Positions 1 to 9,614 of a DNA stretch of 64,000 bases are shown one piece after another. Origin of the DNA: Candidatus Moranbacteria bacterium GW2011_GWC2_40_12 (lineage in GTDB: Bacteria; Patescibacteriota; Minisyncoccia; Moranbacterales; UBA11712); the NCBI GenBank assembly GCA_000995965.1, contig LBYD01000003.1:17713-81712 (forward strand), read 5' to 3'. The first letter of the stretch is position 1, and each line of letters begins with the position of its first letter. The translations under genes were made by a program, and so were the position numbers. Below the pieces are notes generated by a model. It worked only from the letters and a program-made list of their open reading frames with translations, was not told the origin of the DNA and searched no databases.

Positions 1-98
1 ACTTGTATAGACTATTAAACTTTCGGCTAGCTGTCAAGAAACAATGCAAAATGCAAATAGGCCACGCCACCCCTTTCTCTATAAGCGAAAGCCTAACA

Positions 99-184
99 AA
101 AATCAAAATAACAGTTCAGAATAAAAAAATATTTTTGAATTTTACATTGTCATTTTTCATTTTGATTTTTGAATTTTAAATTTT
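99..184. repeat. Degenerate inverted heptamer-like array, type A (CAAAAT.../...ATTTTG)
   Basis: AATCAAAATAACAGT...ATTGTCATTTTTCATTTTGATTTTTGAATTTT; similar to 18097-18187 and 42760-42890. Confidence 0.7.
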
Positions 185-190
185 ATCTTG

Positions 191-1396
191 CTATTCAAGA
201 ACAACTGGAATAATCACTTCCTTGCTATCTCTTATTATTTTCAATTTGATCTCCTCTCCCGGCTTATATTTCGAAACAAGGCGCGCCAAATTATTTTCAG
301 AATTCACTTCTTCCCCGTTCACGGAAACGATAACGTCAAAAATCTTGAGCCCCGCTTTTTCCGCGGAGCTTCCCGCGATAACAGCAAGTCCCTGCTGTCC
401 GCTCGGCGAGTATACAAACGCTCCACGATCCAAATTGCCAAACAGCGCCGCTGATTCGCTGGAAAGAGGCAAATAATAAGCCCCCAGTGATCCCCGTTTT
501 ACTGAACCGATTGAAATATATTGGTTTACTAGCTCCAAAATGCAGTCCGATGGAATGATAAAATATTGCTTCCTGTCAGATACATTTCGCACACCCATAA
601 TCCCGATCACGTTTCCGCCATAATTTGCCACAGCTCCGCCCACTACTCTCTCGTCCCCCTCCTCGTTCATTTCAAAATCAGCCACATAAACTCCCTGAAG
701 TTTTTCCGAAAGCGGCAATGCGCCCGCCAGCGAAAAATCAGAGTCATACTGGCTCACCAGCCCTGATTTATAGATAAGTTGAAAATTATTCCCGCTTCTT
801 CCAATCGCGACAGCCTTCATTCCGGTTTTTATATCTTCGGAGGCGATAAACGAGGCAACAGGTAAATTCTCCACGCCATCAATTTTGAGAAGCGCAAGGT
901 TTGTGAAATTGTCTACTGCCACCAGACGGGCGTCAAAGGATTTGTTCGTTTGCACAAAGACGCGATATTTTGCCTGATTCTCAAAAACTGCATCTTTATA
1001 TGTCAAAATCAGTCCGTCAGCTGTGATGACTAATCCGCTTCCGTATTTTGCCAGACTCGTGTCTTTTGTTTTTCCGGGATTTTTGCTTTCCCCTCTGAGG
1101 GACAAAATTTCCACAACGCTCGAGGCCGACTCATTTGAATAGCGCGAAATCGTCTGATCTTCGGAAACAGTCACTTGCTCGGTTTTGTTCACTATCACCA
1201 CGTTCTCGGTGGCTTTTTTAAAAAAATCATATTTCCCAATCCATTTTACAGTCGCAAGATATGGAAATAAATAGCGGTCAATTATAATCAAGCTGGCTCC
1301 GGAAAGAATGAATATGGTCATCACAAAAAAAACGATCCTGACAATCTTACGGACCCAATTTTTCTTTATTCTATTTTTTTCTCCTTTGCTTTCCAT
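191..1396 (-). CDS. HtrA/DegP-like S1C protease-fold protein with C-terminal PDZ; catalytic triad apparently lost
   Basis: N-terminal TM helix, GSGLVITADGLILT, C-terminal PDZ (GSSAEKAGLKIFDVIVSVNG). Start moved to ATG 1396 to avoid overlap with the upstream gene. Confidence 0.85.
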   Translation of the reverse strand: MESKGEKNRIKKNWVRKIVRIVFFVMTIFILSGASLIIIDRYLFPYLATVKWIGKYDFFKKATENVVIVNKTEQVTVSEDQTISRYSNESASSVVEILSLRGESKNPGKTKDTSLAKYGSGLVITADGLILTYKDAVFENQAKYRVFVQTNKSFDARLVAVDNFTNLALLKIDGVENLPVASFIASEDIKTGMKAVAIGRSGNNFQLIYKSGLVSQYDSDFSLAGALPLSEKLQGVYVADFEMNEEGDERVVGGAVANYGGNVIGIMGVRNVSDRKQYFIIPSDCILELVNQYISIGSVKRGSLGAYYLPLSSESAALFGNLDRGAFVYSPSGQQGLAVIAGSSAEKAGLKIFDVIVSVNGEEVNSENNLARLVSKYKPGEEIKLKIIRDSKEVIIPVVLE

Positions 1397-1400
1397 TAGG

Positions 1401-2144
1401 CTAAATAGCTGGATACCATTTCGCGCTGAGAAGTATAAGCGAAGCGCCTCCGACAAGAAATAGTATGCTGAATGTCAGCCGCTTTATCGTCATTTTATCC
1501 AAGAAATAATTTCGGATAATCTCCCATCCCGAATAAAAAATTATAAGGGCAACCGCCCCGGTTGTCAAGTATCCAAAAGGCCATGCGTTTTGAATCCAGG
1601 TAGATACCGCCATCAGATAGGAAAGGAAAACAGCATAAAGAACCCTCTGACTGCGATTTATTTTAAGCTCATTGAAAACCAACAAAGCGTATGAAACGGG
1701 AAATGTGACCAAAGCAAAGATGATCATGATTATCCACGAGGGTACTGCAATGTTCAGATACCATCCATAGATAGCCGTAAACCAGCAAAAAAGGGCGGAA
1801 ATAGACGCCAGGTTCAGCATTGCCTTGGCAGTGAGATCCTTTCCGTATCTTCCCAGCCGAAAAGAGCCGAGAACCGCCAAATAGAAAACACCCGTCGAAA
1901 GAGCCAGAAAAGATTTCGCTTCCGCCGGAGAATCAATGAGAGGCAAAAGAAGAACCGATCCCACAAAAAGAAAAGCGGGGACAATAAAGTGGAGATATTT
2001 GCGGGAAATCCATTTTGTAGCAATCAAAAGAACGAGGAGAAAAATGATGCCTTCCCAAAGAAAAGTTGCCGGACGGCTGAAAGCGATCCAGAGTGCCCCG
2101 AAATACATCAGAGTGAGAAAAAAAATGCTAAATTCCCAAATCAT
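1401..2144 (-). CDS. Hypothetical multi-pass membrane protein
   Basis: 247 aa with many hydrophobic segments; tightly coupled between clpB and the HtrA-like gene. Confidence 0.8.
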   Translation of the reverse strand: MIWEFSIFFLTLMYFGALWIAFSRPATFLWEGIIFLLVLLIATKWISRKYLHFIVPAFLFVGSVLLLPLIDSPAEAKSFLALSTGVFYLAVLGSFRLGRYGKDLTAKAMLNLASISALFCWFTAIYGWYLNIAVPSWIIMIIFALVTFPVSYALLVFNELKINRSQRVLYAVFLSYLMAVSTWIQNAWPFGYLTTGAVALIIFYSGWEIIRNYFLDKMTIKRLTFSILFLVGGASLILLSAKWYPAI

Positions 2145-2155
2145 ATTTATTTATT

Positions 2156-4765
2156 TCATGCTAACACGATTTTTCCGCCTTTCGCTCCCACTTTTACCCG
2201 ACCTCCTTCTTTTATTTTTCTTTCGATTATCCGAAGGGCTAATTCGTCCAGAACCATGTTTTGGATGGCGCGCTTCAGAGGCCGCGCTCCAAAAACTGGA
2301 TCGAAGCCGGATTTCGCCAGAAGTTCTTCTGCATCCTGATTCACTTCCAGTTTAATATTTTTTTGCAAAAGGCGCTTTCGCACCATTTCCATTTGAAGCT
2401 CGATTATTCTTTTTACCTGCTCGATTCCAAGAGGATGGAAAATAATGATTTCATCAAGCCGGTTCAAAAATTCCGGTTTGAATTTTTCCCGCAAAGAATG
2501 CATGACCTTCTCTTTCATCTCCTCCTCGCGAAGAACCGACTGTTCACTTTTTCCGTCTCGAAAGCCGAAATCCTGCATCTTGTAGATTATCTCCGATCCT
2601 ACATTCGAAGTCATCACGACGACCGCGTTCTTGAAATTTACCACCCGTCCCTTAGCATCGGTGAGGCGCCCTTCGTCAAGAATTTGCAAAAGGACGTTAA
2701 ACACATCATGATGGGCTTTTTCAATTTCGTCAAAGAGAATGAGGCTGTATGGCCGGCGCCGCACCTTTTCAGTCAGTTGTCCCCCTTCTTCATATCCTAT
2801 GTATCCCGGGGGTGAGCCGACAATTTTAGCAACCGAGTGCTGTTCCATGTATTCACTCATATCCACCCTGATCATGGCGTTTTCATCATTGAATAAAAAT
2901 TCGGCAAGGGCCTTGGCAAGCTCCGTCTTCCCGACGCCAGTCGGGCCAAGAAACATGAAGGATCCGATTGGCCGGTTCTCTTCGGAAATCCCGGCACGCG
3001 ATCGGCGAAGAGCATGAGCCACAGCCTGAATGGCTTCCTCCTGGCCAACCACCCGCTTTTTGAGGACCTCTTCTATTTTCACCAGCTTTTCCATTTCTCC
3101 CTCCATCATTTTGGCGACGGGGATTCCAGTCCAGCGGGAAACAACTTTGGCGATATCTTCCTCTGCCACCTCTTCTTTGAGGATCGGATTTTTCTTTTGA
3201 AGAACCACCAATTTTTTTTGCTCGGCTTTTATTTTTTTCTCCAGTTCCGGAATCCTTCCGTAGCGGATTTCCGCCACTCCAGCGAGCTCCCCTTTCTGTT
3301 CCATTATGTCCGAATCGCTTTTCAGGCGGTCGATTTCTCCTTTATGCGCCCTGATGTTCGCGATGAGATTTTTCTCGCTCTTCCACTGCAATTTCCAGCT
3401 GTCAACTTTCTCCTTGATGTCGGCCAGTTTTTTTTCAATTTCCTTGAGCCGGTTTCTTGAATTTCTGTCTTTTTCTTTCTTGATGGCTTCTTTTTCAATT
3501 TCCAGTTTTCTTTTCTGGTGCTCAAGATCGTCAATTTCAGCCGGCAGGCTGTCAATTTCCATCCGGAGCGCCGAAGCGGCCTCGTCGATGAGGTCAACCG
3601 CTTTGTCAGGAAGATTGCGGTCAGTGATATAGCGGCTTGAAAGTCGGGCGGCCGAAACAATGGCTCCATCCGTTATCCGGACTCCGTGATGAACTTCATA
3701 TTTTTCTTTGAGCCCTCGTAAAATGGCAATTGTATCTTCAACCGACGGTTCACTGACAAAGACAGGCTGAAAACGCCTCTCGAGAGCCGCGTCCCGCTCA
3801 ATATATCTCTGATATTCCTTGAGAGTAGTCGCTCCAATTGCCTTTATTTTTCCCCGGGCGAGAGCGGGTTTGAGCATATTCGAAGCGTCCATCGCCCCTT
3901 CCATCGCCCCGGCGCCAACCAGGGTATGGAGTTCGTCAATGAATAAAATATACCGGCCGGCCGATTTTTCAATTTCTTTTATAATCGCTTTGAATCTTTC
4001 TTCGAATTCCCCCCTGAATTTTGATCCAGCCAAAATAAGACCCAGATCCAGCATCAAAATTTCTTTTCCTTTGAGATTTTCCGGAACGTCACCGTTCACA
4101 ATCCTTTGAGCCAAGCCTTCGGCTATGGCTGTTTTCCCGGTTCCCGCTTCGCCGATCAGAACCGGATTGTTTTTCGTCCTGCGTGTCAGCACCTGCATGA
4201 TGCGCCGGATTTCTTCTTCGCGGCCAATCACCGGATCCAACTTTTTCTGAGACGCCTCTTGGGTGAGATTAATCGTGTATTTTTCAAGCACCTGATATTT
4301 CCCTTCCGGCATTGGGCTGTCAATTTTTTCGCTTCCCCGGACTTCTTTCATGATCTTGGAAACTTTTTCCCTTGAAATTCCCTGCTCTTCCAGGATTTTT
4401 TTGGCATTGCTCGCCACTTTGAAAAGTGACAAAAAGATATGCTCAGTGCTGACAAACTCATCCCCCATCGCCTGGGCCTGATTGAAAGCTTCTTGAAGAA
4501 CGCTCGCCATTTCTGATGAAAGATAAAATTGGGGCGCACCGGCCACTTTTGGAATTTTTTCAATCTCACTGAAAATTTTTTTCTTCAATTTTTCGCGCTC
4601 GATTTCCAGTTTGTCTATTATTGTCGGAACAATGCTTTCTTGCTGGCCGAGAAGGACATAGAGAAGGTGCAAAACATCCACCACGTTCTGCTGCCGGCTT
4701 TGAGACATCTGCTGGGCGCCCTGAAGGGCTTCTTGAGATTTGATAGTTAGTTTATTTAAATCCAT
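2156..4765 (-). CDS. clpB: ATP-dependent chaperone ClpB
   Basis: Clp N-domain, two AAA+ modules ([16 protein letters not shown]), coiled-coil middle domain, GARPLKR. Confidence 0.97.
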   Translation of the reverse strand: MDLNKLTIKSQEALQGAQQMSQSRQQNVVDVLHLLYVLLGQQESIVPTIIDKLEIEREKLKKKIFSEIEKIPKVAGAPQFYLSSEMASVLQEAFNQAQAMGDEFVSTEHIFLSLFKVASNAKKILEEQGISREKVSKIMKEVRGSEKIDSPMPEGKYQVLEKYTINLTQEASQKKLDPVIGREEEIRRIMQVLTRRTKNNPVLIGEAGTGKTAIAEGLAQRIVNGDVPENLKGKEILMLDLGLILAGSKFRGEFEERFKAIIKEIEKSAGRYILFIDELHTLVGAGAMEGAMDASNMLKPALARGKIKAIGATTLKEYQRYIERDAALERRFQPVFVSEPSVEDTIAILRGLKEKYEVHHGVRITDGAIVSAARLSSRYITDRNLPDKAVDLIDEAASALRMEIDSLPAEIDDLEHQKRKLEIEKEAIKKEKDRNSRNRLKEIEKKLADIKEKVDSWKLQWKSEKNLIANIRAHKGEIDRLKSDSDIMEQKGELAGVAEIRYGRIPELEKKIKAEQKKLVVLQKKNPILKEEVAEEDIAKVVSRWTGIPVAKMMEGEMEKLVKIEEVLKKRVVGQEEAIQAVAHALRRSRAGISEENRPIGSFMFLGPTGVGKTELAKALAEFLFNDENAMIRVDMSEYMEQHSVAKIVGSPPGYIGYEEGGQLTEKVRRRPYSLILFDEIEKAHHDVFNVLLQILDEGRLTDAKGRVVNFKNAVVVMTSNVGSEIIYKMQDFGFRDGKSEQSVLREEEMKEKVMHSLREKFKPEFLNRLDEIIIFHPLGIEQVKRIIELQMEMVRKRLLQKNIKLEVNQDAEELLAKSGFDPVFGARPLKRAIQNMVLDELALRIIERKIKEGGRVKVGAKGGKIVLA

Positions 4766-4783
4766 ATTTATATAGTTTATTTA

Positions 4784-4810
4784 TTAGCACTCGAATGATA
4801 TGAGTGCTAA
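4784..4810. promoter_or_regulatory. CIRCE element (HrcA operator) upstream of clpB
   Basis: Exact consensus TTAGCACTC-N9-GAGTGCTAA. Confidence 0.95.
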
Positions 4811-4813
4811 TTT

Positions 4814-4841
4814 ATTATATATCTTCTATTTGCTTTGTCAA
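4814..4841 (-). promoter_or_regulatory. Sigma70-type promoter of clpB
   Basis: TTGACA-16 nt-TATAAT on the minus strand immediately upstream of CIRCE. Confidence 0.75.
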
Positions 4842-4994
4842 CCTTTATTACGCCCCGAAATACTTTATCATTCAAAGCATTCTTCACTTTTATTTTGGTT
4901 TTTTCAGCCAGAGACTGGTCCGCCTTTGGCGGAGATTTTTGCACTTTGAATTTACTATAAAAAGCCCCCGCCGTCAAAAGGGGAGGAAAATTTA

Positions 4995-5128
4995 GACACA
5001 AAAAAAGCGCAATAAAGTCCATTTCTGCGCCCAAACCGCCGATGACAAATCCGGCGAAGTTTGCACTAATCGAAGGGCCGGCTGATATTGAAAACGGACT
5101 GTTTATCCCTTTCGCTATTTTTTTGTCG
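4995..5128 (-). ncRNA. Candidate structured small RNA
   Basis: Long imperfect hairpin with internal branch; extended -10 TGCTATAAT at about 5153-5161; terminator-like hairpin at about 4958-4986. Confidence 0.35.
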
Positions 5129-5191
5129 ATATCGGGGAATTATTCCCGTTTTATTATAGCAGAGGGGATAAAAAAATAGGATTTCCGCAGT

Positions 5192-5815
5192 TTATTTTTC
5201 TTCCCCAATCAGAGGCACAAAAGCAAATCCGGGATATTCTTCCTCGCGGAAATCTTTTTCGGAAATTTTTTCTACCGTCCAAATGCTGTTTTTCACCGGG
5301 ATCACGAGCCTTCCACCAACGGCCAGCTGTTTTTTCATCTCCCTGGGTATTTCTTTGGCTGAAGCAGAAACAAGAATGCGCTGGTAGGGCGCTTCGTTGA
5401 CATATCCCTTTGTTCCGTCAGTGCAGATTATTTTTACCCGCCCCCCTTCGATAAGGTTATATTTGCTCACATTATTCATTCCAAAATGGCAGAGATCCTT
5501 GATTCGTTCCATTCCGATCACTTTTCCTTTTTTTCCGACAATATGCGCAAGAAGTGCCGTCGTCCAGCCGGAACCCGATCCAACATCAAGAACCTTGTCT
5601 CCCGGAAGCGGACCAAGTTTTTCCATCATAAAAGCCACTGTGAGTGGCTGGGAAATAGTCTGCCCCTGCCCGATTGGAAGCGGAATATTGGCTTGAGACG
5701 CGCTCTCTAGCTCTTCCGGAACAAAATCTACCCGCCGAATTTTTGAGAAAGCGTCAATAATCCGATCGGTCTTCAGATAGCCCTGGTATACTAAATCGCG
5801 AATTAGCGAATCCAT
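5192..5815 (-). CDS. pcm: Protein-L-isoaspartate O-methyltransferase
   Basis: GQTISQP, VLDVGSGSGW, APYQRILVSA, FVPL motifs. Confidence 0.95.
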   Translation of the reverse strand: MDSLIRDLVYQGYLKTDRIIDAFSKIRRVDFVPEELESASQANIPLPIGQGQTISQPLTVAFMMEKLGPLPGDKVLDVGSGSGWTTALLAHIVGKKGKVIGMERIKDLCHFGMNNVSKYNLIEGGRVKIICTDGTKGYVNEAPYQRILVSASAKEIPREMKKQLAVGGRLVIPVKNSIWTVEKISEKDFREEEYPGFAFVPLIGEEK

Positions 5816-5844
5816 GAAGCTGAACTAATTTAACTTATAACTTG

Positions 5845-6285
5845 TCATTCCCCCATTATCTGCACAATTATGGATCTTTTTCTTGCCCCGTCCATTTCAA
5901 CAAAAAAAATGCTTTGAAGACTGCCAAGCAGCATCTTCCCTTTTTCGATCGGGACTGTTTCGCTATTGCCTATCAGCATATTTTTACAATGGCTATGCCC
6001 GTTTGAACGTCCATCAGACCGGTTCATTCTTTTGAGTTCAAAGAGATCATGGGAATATCTTTCATCAATAGGAACCAGCCTATAAAGCATTCTCTGGAGG
6101 TCCTGAAGAAGCAGGGACTCGTTTTCATTGATGGCAATTCCGGCTGTCGTGTGCCCGGAAAAGACCAGTACCTGCCCATTTTCAATTTTCGATCCTTTGA
6201 CGGCCTCGTCAACTGCCGTGGTGATGTCGATGAATTCAATCTGGCTTCGGGATTCTTTTTCGATTGTTTTTTTGTATATTTTCAT
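5845..6285 (-). CDS. yjbQ: YjbQ/UPF0047 family protein
   Basis: HTTAGIAINENE, NGHSH, EMDGARKR motifs. Confidence 0.9.
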   Translation of the reverse strand: MKIYKKTIEKESRSQIEFIDITTAVDEAVKGSKIENGQVLVFSGHTTAGIAINENESLLLQDLQRMLYRLVPIDERYSHDLFELKRMNRSDGRSNGHSHCKNMLIGNSETVPIEKGKMLLGSLQSIFFVEMDGARKRSIIVQIMGE

Positions 6286-6288
6286 TTT

Positions 6289-6361
6289 GACGTAATTTGT
6301 AATTAGTAAATGGTAATTGGGATTTTAGTGTCCAAATTACGAATTACAAATTACCAATTAC
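6289..6361. repeat. Inverted heptamer array, type B (GTAATTN...NAATTAC)
   Basis: GTAATTTGTAATTAGTAAATGGTAATTGG...CCAAATTACGAATTACAAATTACCAATTA; near copy at 57283-57360. Confidence 0.85.
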
Positions 6362-7488
6362 TTAAAAACTTTTGCGACAACTCGAGCAACCCTCCTATCC
6401 AGCACGTCTGGCACTATTTTATCACTTTTTGGATTTTTCACCAAACTGGCAATTGCAAGGGCGATTCCAATCTTGATCTTTTCGGAAATAATATTGGTTC
6501 TCGCATCAAGCGCCCCTCGAAAAAGACCTGGAAAAACAAGGGCATTGTTGATCTGATTGGGAAAATCGCTTCTTCCGGTCGCCATGACCGCTGCCCCGCC
6601 TTTTTTACCTTCCTTATAAGAAATTTCTGGAACCGGATTGCTCATGGCAAAGACAATCGCTCCTTTATTCATTCGGCGGATATCGCCGGCTGTCAGAAGC
6701 CTCCCCGTTGACACGCCAATGAACACGTCCGCCCCTTCGAGGGCTTCGCCGACGCTTGTGAAAAATTTTTCGTTTCCGGTTACGCAAGCGATTTCTTTTT
6801 TTGGACCATTTGTCTTTCGCAAGCAATTGCAGCAAAGAGATCCCTTGCTGTCAAAGACAACTATTTTTCGCGCTCCGTATTTTGACAATAGTTTTGTGAC
6901 AGCCGTTCCTGCTGCCCCCGCTCCCGAAATCACAATCCGGACATTTCTGATGTTCTTTTTCACGACTTTGAGCGCATTGACGAGTCCGGCCAGGACCGCA
7001 ATGGCCGTCCCGTGCTGATCATCGTGAAAAACGGGAATGTCCAGCTCGTTCACTAATCTTTTTTCTATCTCAAAACATCTCGGAGCAGAAATATCTTCGA
7101 GGTTTATTCCGCCGAAACCCGGTGCGATATTTTTCACGGTTTCAATGATTTTTTCCGTATCCTGCGTCGCAAGAATAATCGGAACTGCGTCCACATTCGC
7201 CAATTCTTTGAACAAAACGGACTTTCCTTCCATTACCGGAAGAGCCGCCTCCGGTCCCAGATTCCCCAAACCCAAAATGGCGCTGCCGTCTGAAACAATC
7301 GCAACGCTATTTTTTTTCCAAGTGAGTTCAAAAACTTTTTTTTTATTTTTCGCTATTTCCCGAGAAAGTTCGGCAACGCCGGGAGTATAGAGAATCGGTA
7401 AATTGCGTTTTGTAAGTCTGCGGCGACTTTTTATTTCTATCTTGCTGCCTTGAAAATTTTGAATTTTGAATTTTGAATTTTGAATCAA
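6358..7488 (-). CDS. NAD(P)-dependent malic enzyme (start uncertain)
   Basis: YTPGVA, GLGNLGPEAALPVMEGK, FHDDQHGTAI, GAGAAG, TGRSDFPNQINN. Confidence 0.93.
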   Translation of the reverse strand: MIQNSKFKIQNFQGSKIEIKSRRRLTKRNLPILYTPGVAELSREIAKNKKKVFELTWKKNSVAIVSDGSAILGLGNLGPEAALPVMEGKSVLFKELANVDAVPIILATQDTEKIIETVKNIAPGFGGINLEDISAPRCFEIEKRLVNELDIPVFHDDQHGTAIAVLAGLVNALKVVKKNIRNVRIVISGAGAAGTAVTKLLSKYGARKIVVFDSKGSLCCNCLRKTNGPKKEIACVTGNEKFFTSVGEALEGADVFIGVSTGRLLTAGDIRRMNKGAIVFAMSNPVPEISYKEGKKGGAAVMATGRSDFPNQINNALVFPGLFRGALDARTNIISEKIKIGIALAIASLVKNPKSDKIVPDVLDRRVARVVAKVFK

Positions 7489-7536
7489 ATTATGATGATT
7501 GAATTTTAATTTCGAAATTATTTAATTCAAAATTAA
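7453..7536. repeat. Heptamer array (GAATTTT)n with degenerate inverted arm
   Basis: AATTTTGAATTTTGAATTTTGAATTTTGAAT followed by ...AATTCAAAATT; overlaps the 5' end of the malic enzyme ORF. Confidence 0.8.
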
Positions 7537-7563
7537 AGTCAATGAATAAAGAAGTAGTCCAAA

Positions 7564-8484
7564 TCAAGCCGATATTTGCAATTTCTTATAAACAGAACCA
7601 GCAGCAACCGCTCCTTCCGCCGCCGCGGTGATAATCTGCCGCAATTTATTCGATCCGTTAGTCACGTCTCCCGCCGCCCAAACGCCGGAAATATTCGTGG
7701 TTTGGCCGCTGTCCACCTTGACATATCCCTGCTCGTCCGTTTCGATTCCCAATTGATTTGTTATTTCCACCCCAGGCTCGCTGCCAATTTCAATGAAAAC
7801 TCCTTGAACTGCCAATTCTCCGCTGCCAGCGTGCTGTTTGTCCAAAACAATTTTTTCAACCGCCTTATCCCCTTTTATCTCTTTGATATTCGTACTGAAG
7901 ATGACTTCGATTTTTCTCTCGGCCGAAATTTTTTCCATATAGGCAGGATCTATCTTGAGTTTTTCCCCCCGATAGATCAAATACACTTGGCTGGCATATC
8001 GAGAAAGAAGCAGTGCGGCCGACCCCGCGCTGTTTCCTCCACCGACTACCGCCACAACTTTTTCTTTGAAAAAAGCGGCATCGCAGGTCGGGCAATAGGA
8101 AACCCCCTTGCCTTTGAATTCAGCTTCACCCGGAATTTGAAGTTTCCGGTATTCCATTCCTGACGCCAAAATTATATTTTTTGCCTGATACTCACCGGAA
8201 TGAGTCGTGATTTTGAATATATCCCCCTCTTTCGAGACGCTGGACACCGAATCCATCAGGATCTCCCCACCCAATTTTTCAGCGTGTTCGCGCATTTTTT
8301 GCAAAAGCTCAAAACCGGGCATAGAAACAGTTCCCGGCCAATTTTCGATCTGGTGGGCTTCGTTGGCTTGCCCGCCGGGTTCCCTTCCAATCACAAGATG
8401 CTTCACCTTATAGCGCGAAGAATAGATAGAAGCCGTGAGGCCCGCTGGCCCGGCACCGATGATAATTAGATCGAAGATATCCAT
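7564..8484 (-). CDS. trxB: Thioredoxin reductase
   Basis: GAGPAG, GVSYCPTCD, GGGNSA, AAGD motifs. Confidence 0.93.
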   Translation of the reverse strand: MDIFDLIIIGAGPAGLTASIYSSRYKVKHLVIGREPGGQANEAHQIENWPGTVSMPGFELLQKMREHAEKLGGEILMDSVSSVSKEGDIFKITTHSGEYQAKNIILASGMEYRKLQIPGEAEFKGKGVSYCPTCDAAFFKEKVVAVVGGGNSAGSAALLLSRYASQVYLIYRGEKLKIDPAYMEKISAERKIEVIFSTNIKEIKGDKAVEKIVLDKQHAGSGELAVQGVFIEIGSEPGVEITNQLGIETDEQGYVKVDSGQTTNISGVWAAGDVTNGSNKLRQIITAAAEGAVAAGSVYKKLQISA

Positions 8485-8490
8485 GACTAT

Positions 8491-8592
8491 AATTTTGAAT
8501 TCGGAATTGTGAATTGTGAATAGGAATATTGAATACGGAATTCAGAATTCTATATTCTTGATTCCTATTCTAAATTCGCAGTTCTCAATTCT
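8491..8592. repeat. Inverted heptamer array, type C (GAATTNN...NNAATTC)
   Basis: Left arm GAATTCG GAATTGT GAATTGT GAATAG..., right arm ...ATTCTAA ATTCGCA GTTCTCA ATTC. Confidence 0.9.
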
Positions 8593-8621
8593 TTTTCGTA
8601 TTTTTAGTTATAAAATACTTT

Positions 8622-8936
8622 CTATACTTTCCCCAATTCCTCTTTCAATCCTTCCTTATTCTGCACGCCCACCAATTGCTTCATTTCCTTTCCGTCTTTG
8701 AAGATGATCATTGTTGGGATGGACATTATTCCGTATTTCGAGGCAGTTTCGCGATTTTCATCCACATTCAGTTTCCCTATTTTAAAATTGTCCTTCAGCT
8801 CCTGCGCCAGTTCGTCAATAATCGGTCCCATCATCTGGCAGGGACCGCACCATGCCGCCCAAAAATCGACGAGAACAGGCTTTTCGCTTTTGAGAACTTC
8901 TGCTTCAAAATTTTGGTCTGTGAACTCATGCGCCAT
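8622..8936 (-). CDS. trxA: Thioredoxin
   Basis: WCGPC active site, 104 aa. Confidence 0.97.
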   Translation of the reverse strand: MAHEFTDQNFEAEVLKSEKPVLVDFWAAWCGPCQMMGPIIDELAQELKDNFKIGKLNVDENRETASKYGIMSIPTMIIFKDGKEMKQLVGVQNKEGLKEELGKV

Positions 8937-8993
8937 AAATTTGACTCCAATATCCGATGTTAGGAGTGTCCCAATACCGGAAGTTGGAACATT

Positions 8994-9509
8994 TTAAGCT
9001 TTTTTACGATTTACATAAAGAAGCGCTGCTCCGCCGACAAGGATAAGCGCAATCAATACTACGGGAAAGATATTTTTTTTATTTCCGGTCGGATTCTGTT
9101 CCGGCTGGTTTTGTTGATTCATATTTTTTCCCGCTGCCTTTCCGTTTTTTTCCGGATCCGGTAGTTCCCTGGCTTCCACATTGGAGATCTCCTTTTCAAA
9201 ATTATCAATAATTGGCTGATCACCGACTAAAAACTTGTCGCCAAAAGCAATGGCCGGCACGCTCCCTTTATATTCACTGTCAAACGCTTCTCCGAACTTC
9301 ATCAGCAGCCGGGCGTTGAAAGGATTTGAAAATTCAAGCTTAGTGATTTCGTATTTGTCATAAATCCCGTTCTCGCTGAAATATTCGTCCACTTTTACGC
9401 AATGCGGGCAGGTATCACCGTAGAAATAGTAGGCCTTTTTCTTGCCGGCATCTTGAGCAGAGACCAAAAACGGAATTAGCAGAAATAAAGCAATAATTGA
9501 TTTTTTCAT
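8994..9509 (-). CDS. Exported glutaredoxin/thioredoxin-fold protein with C-terminal membrane anchor
   Basis: Signal peptide MKKSIIALFLL, FYGDTCPHC, VP cis-Pro motif, C-terminal TM plus basic tail. Confidence 0.8.
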   Translation of the reverse strand: MKKSIIALFLLIPFLVSAQDAGKKKAYYFYGDTCPHCVKVDEYFSENGIYDKYEITKLEFSNPFNARLLMKFGEAFDSEYKGSVPAIAFGDKFLVGDQPIIDNFEKEISNVEARELPDPEKNGKAAGKNMNQQNQPEQNPTGNKKNIFPVVLIALILVGGAALLYVNRKKA

Positions 9510-9538
9510 GGTTTTTTCTTTACAAGTAACAAATATGC

Positions 9539-9612
9539 TTCGCACTGCGAATATACGAACGCAAGAACCTTTCCGAAATTCGTATATTCGTAAAAGATTC
9601 GTAATTCGTAAA
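9539..9612. repeat. Inverted array, type D (CGAAT.../ATTCGTA)
   Basis: GCGAATATACGAAC...ATTCGTATATTCGTAAAAGATTCGTAATTCGTA; right arm recurs at 32251-32283. Confidence 0.75.
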
Positions 9613-9614
9613 GA

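Noticed and set aside
5020-5070. c-di-GMP-I riboswitch (GCAAAC...GGCGCAGAA resemblance)
   Set aside because: Lacks the GNRA tetraloop/receptor and P2 layout; kept only as an unassigned structured RNA candidate.
8491-8592. Heptamer arrays as CRISPR arrays
   Set aside because: Units are about 7 nt, degenerate and contiguous, with no unique spacers and no cas genes in the window.
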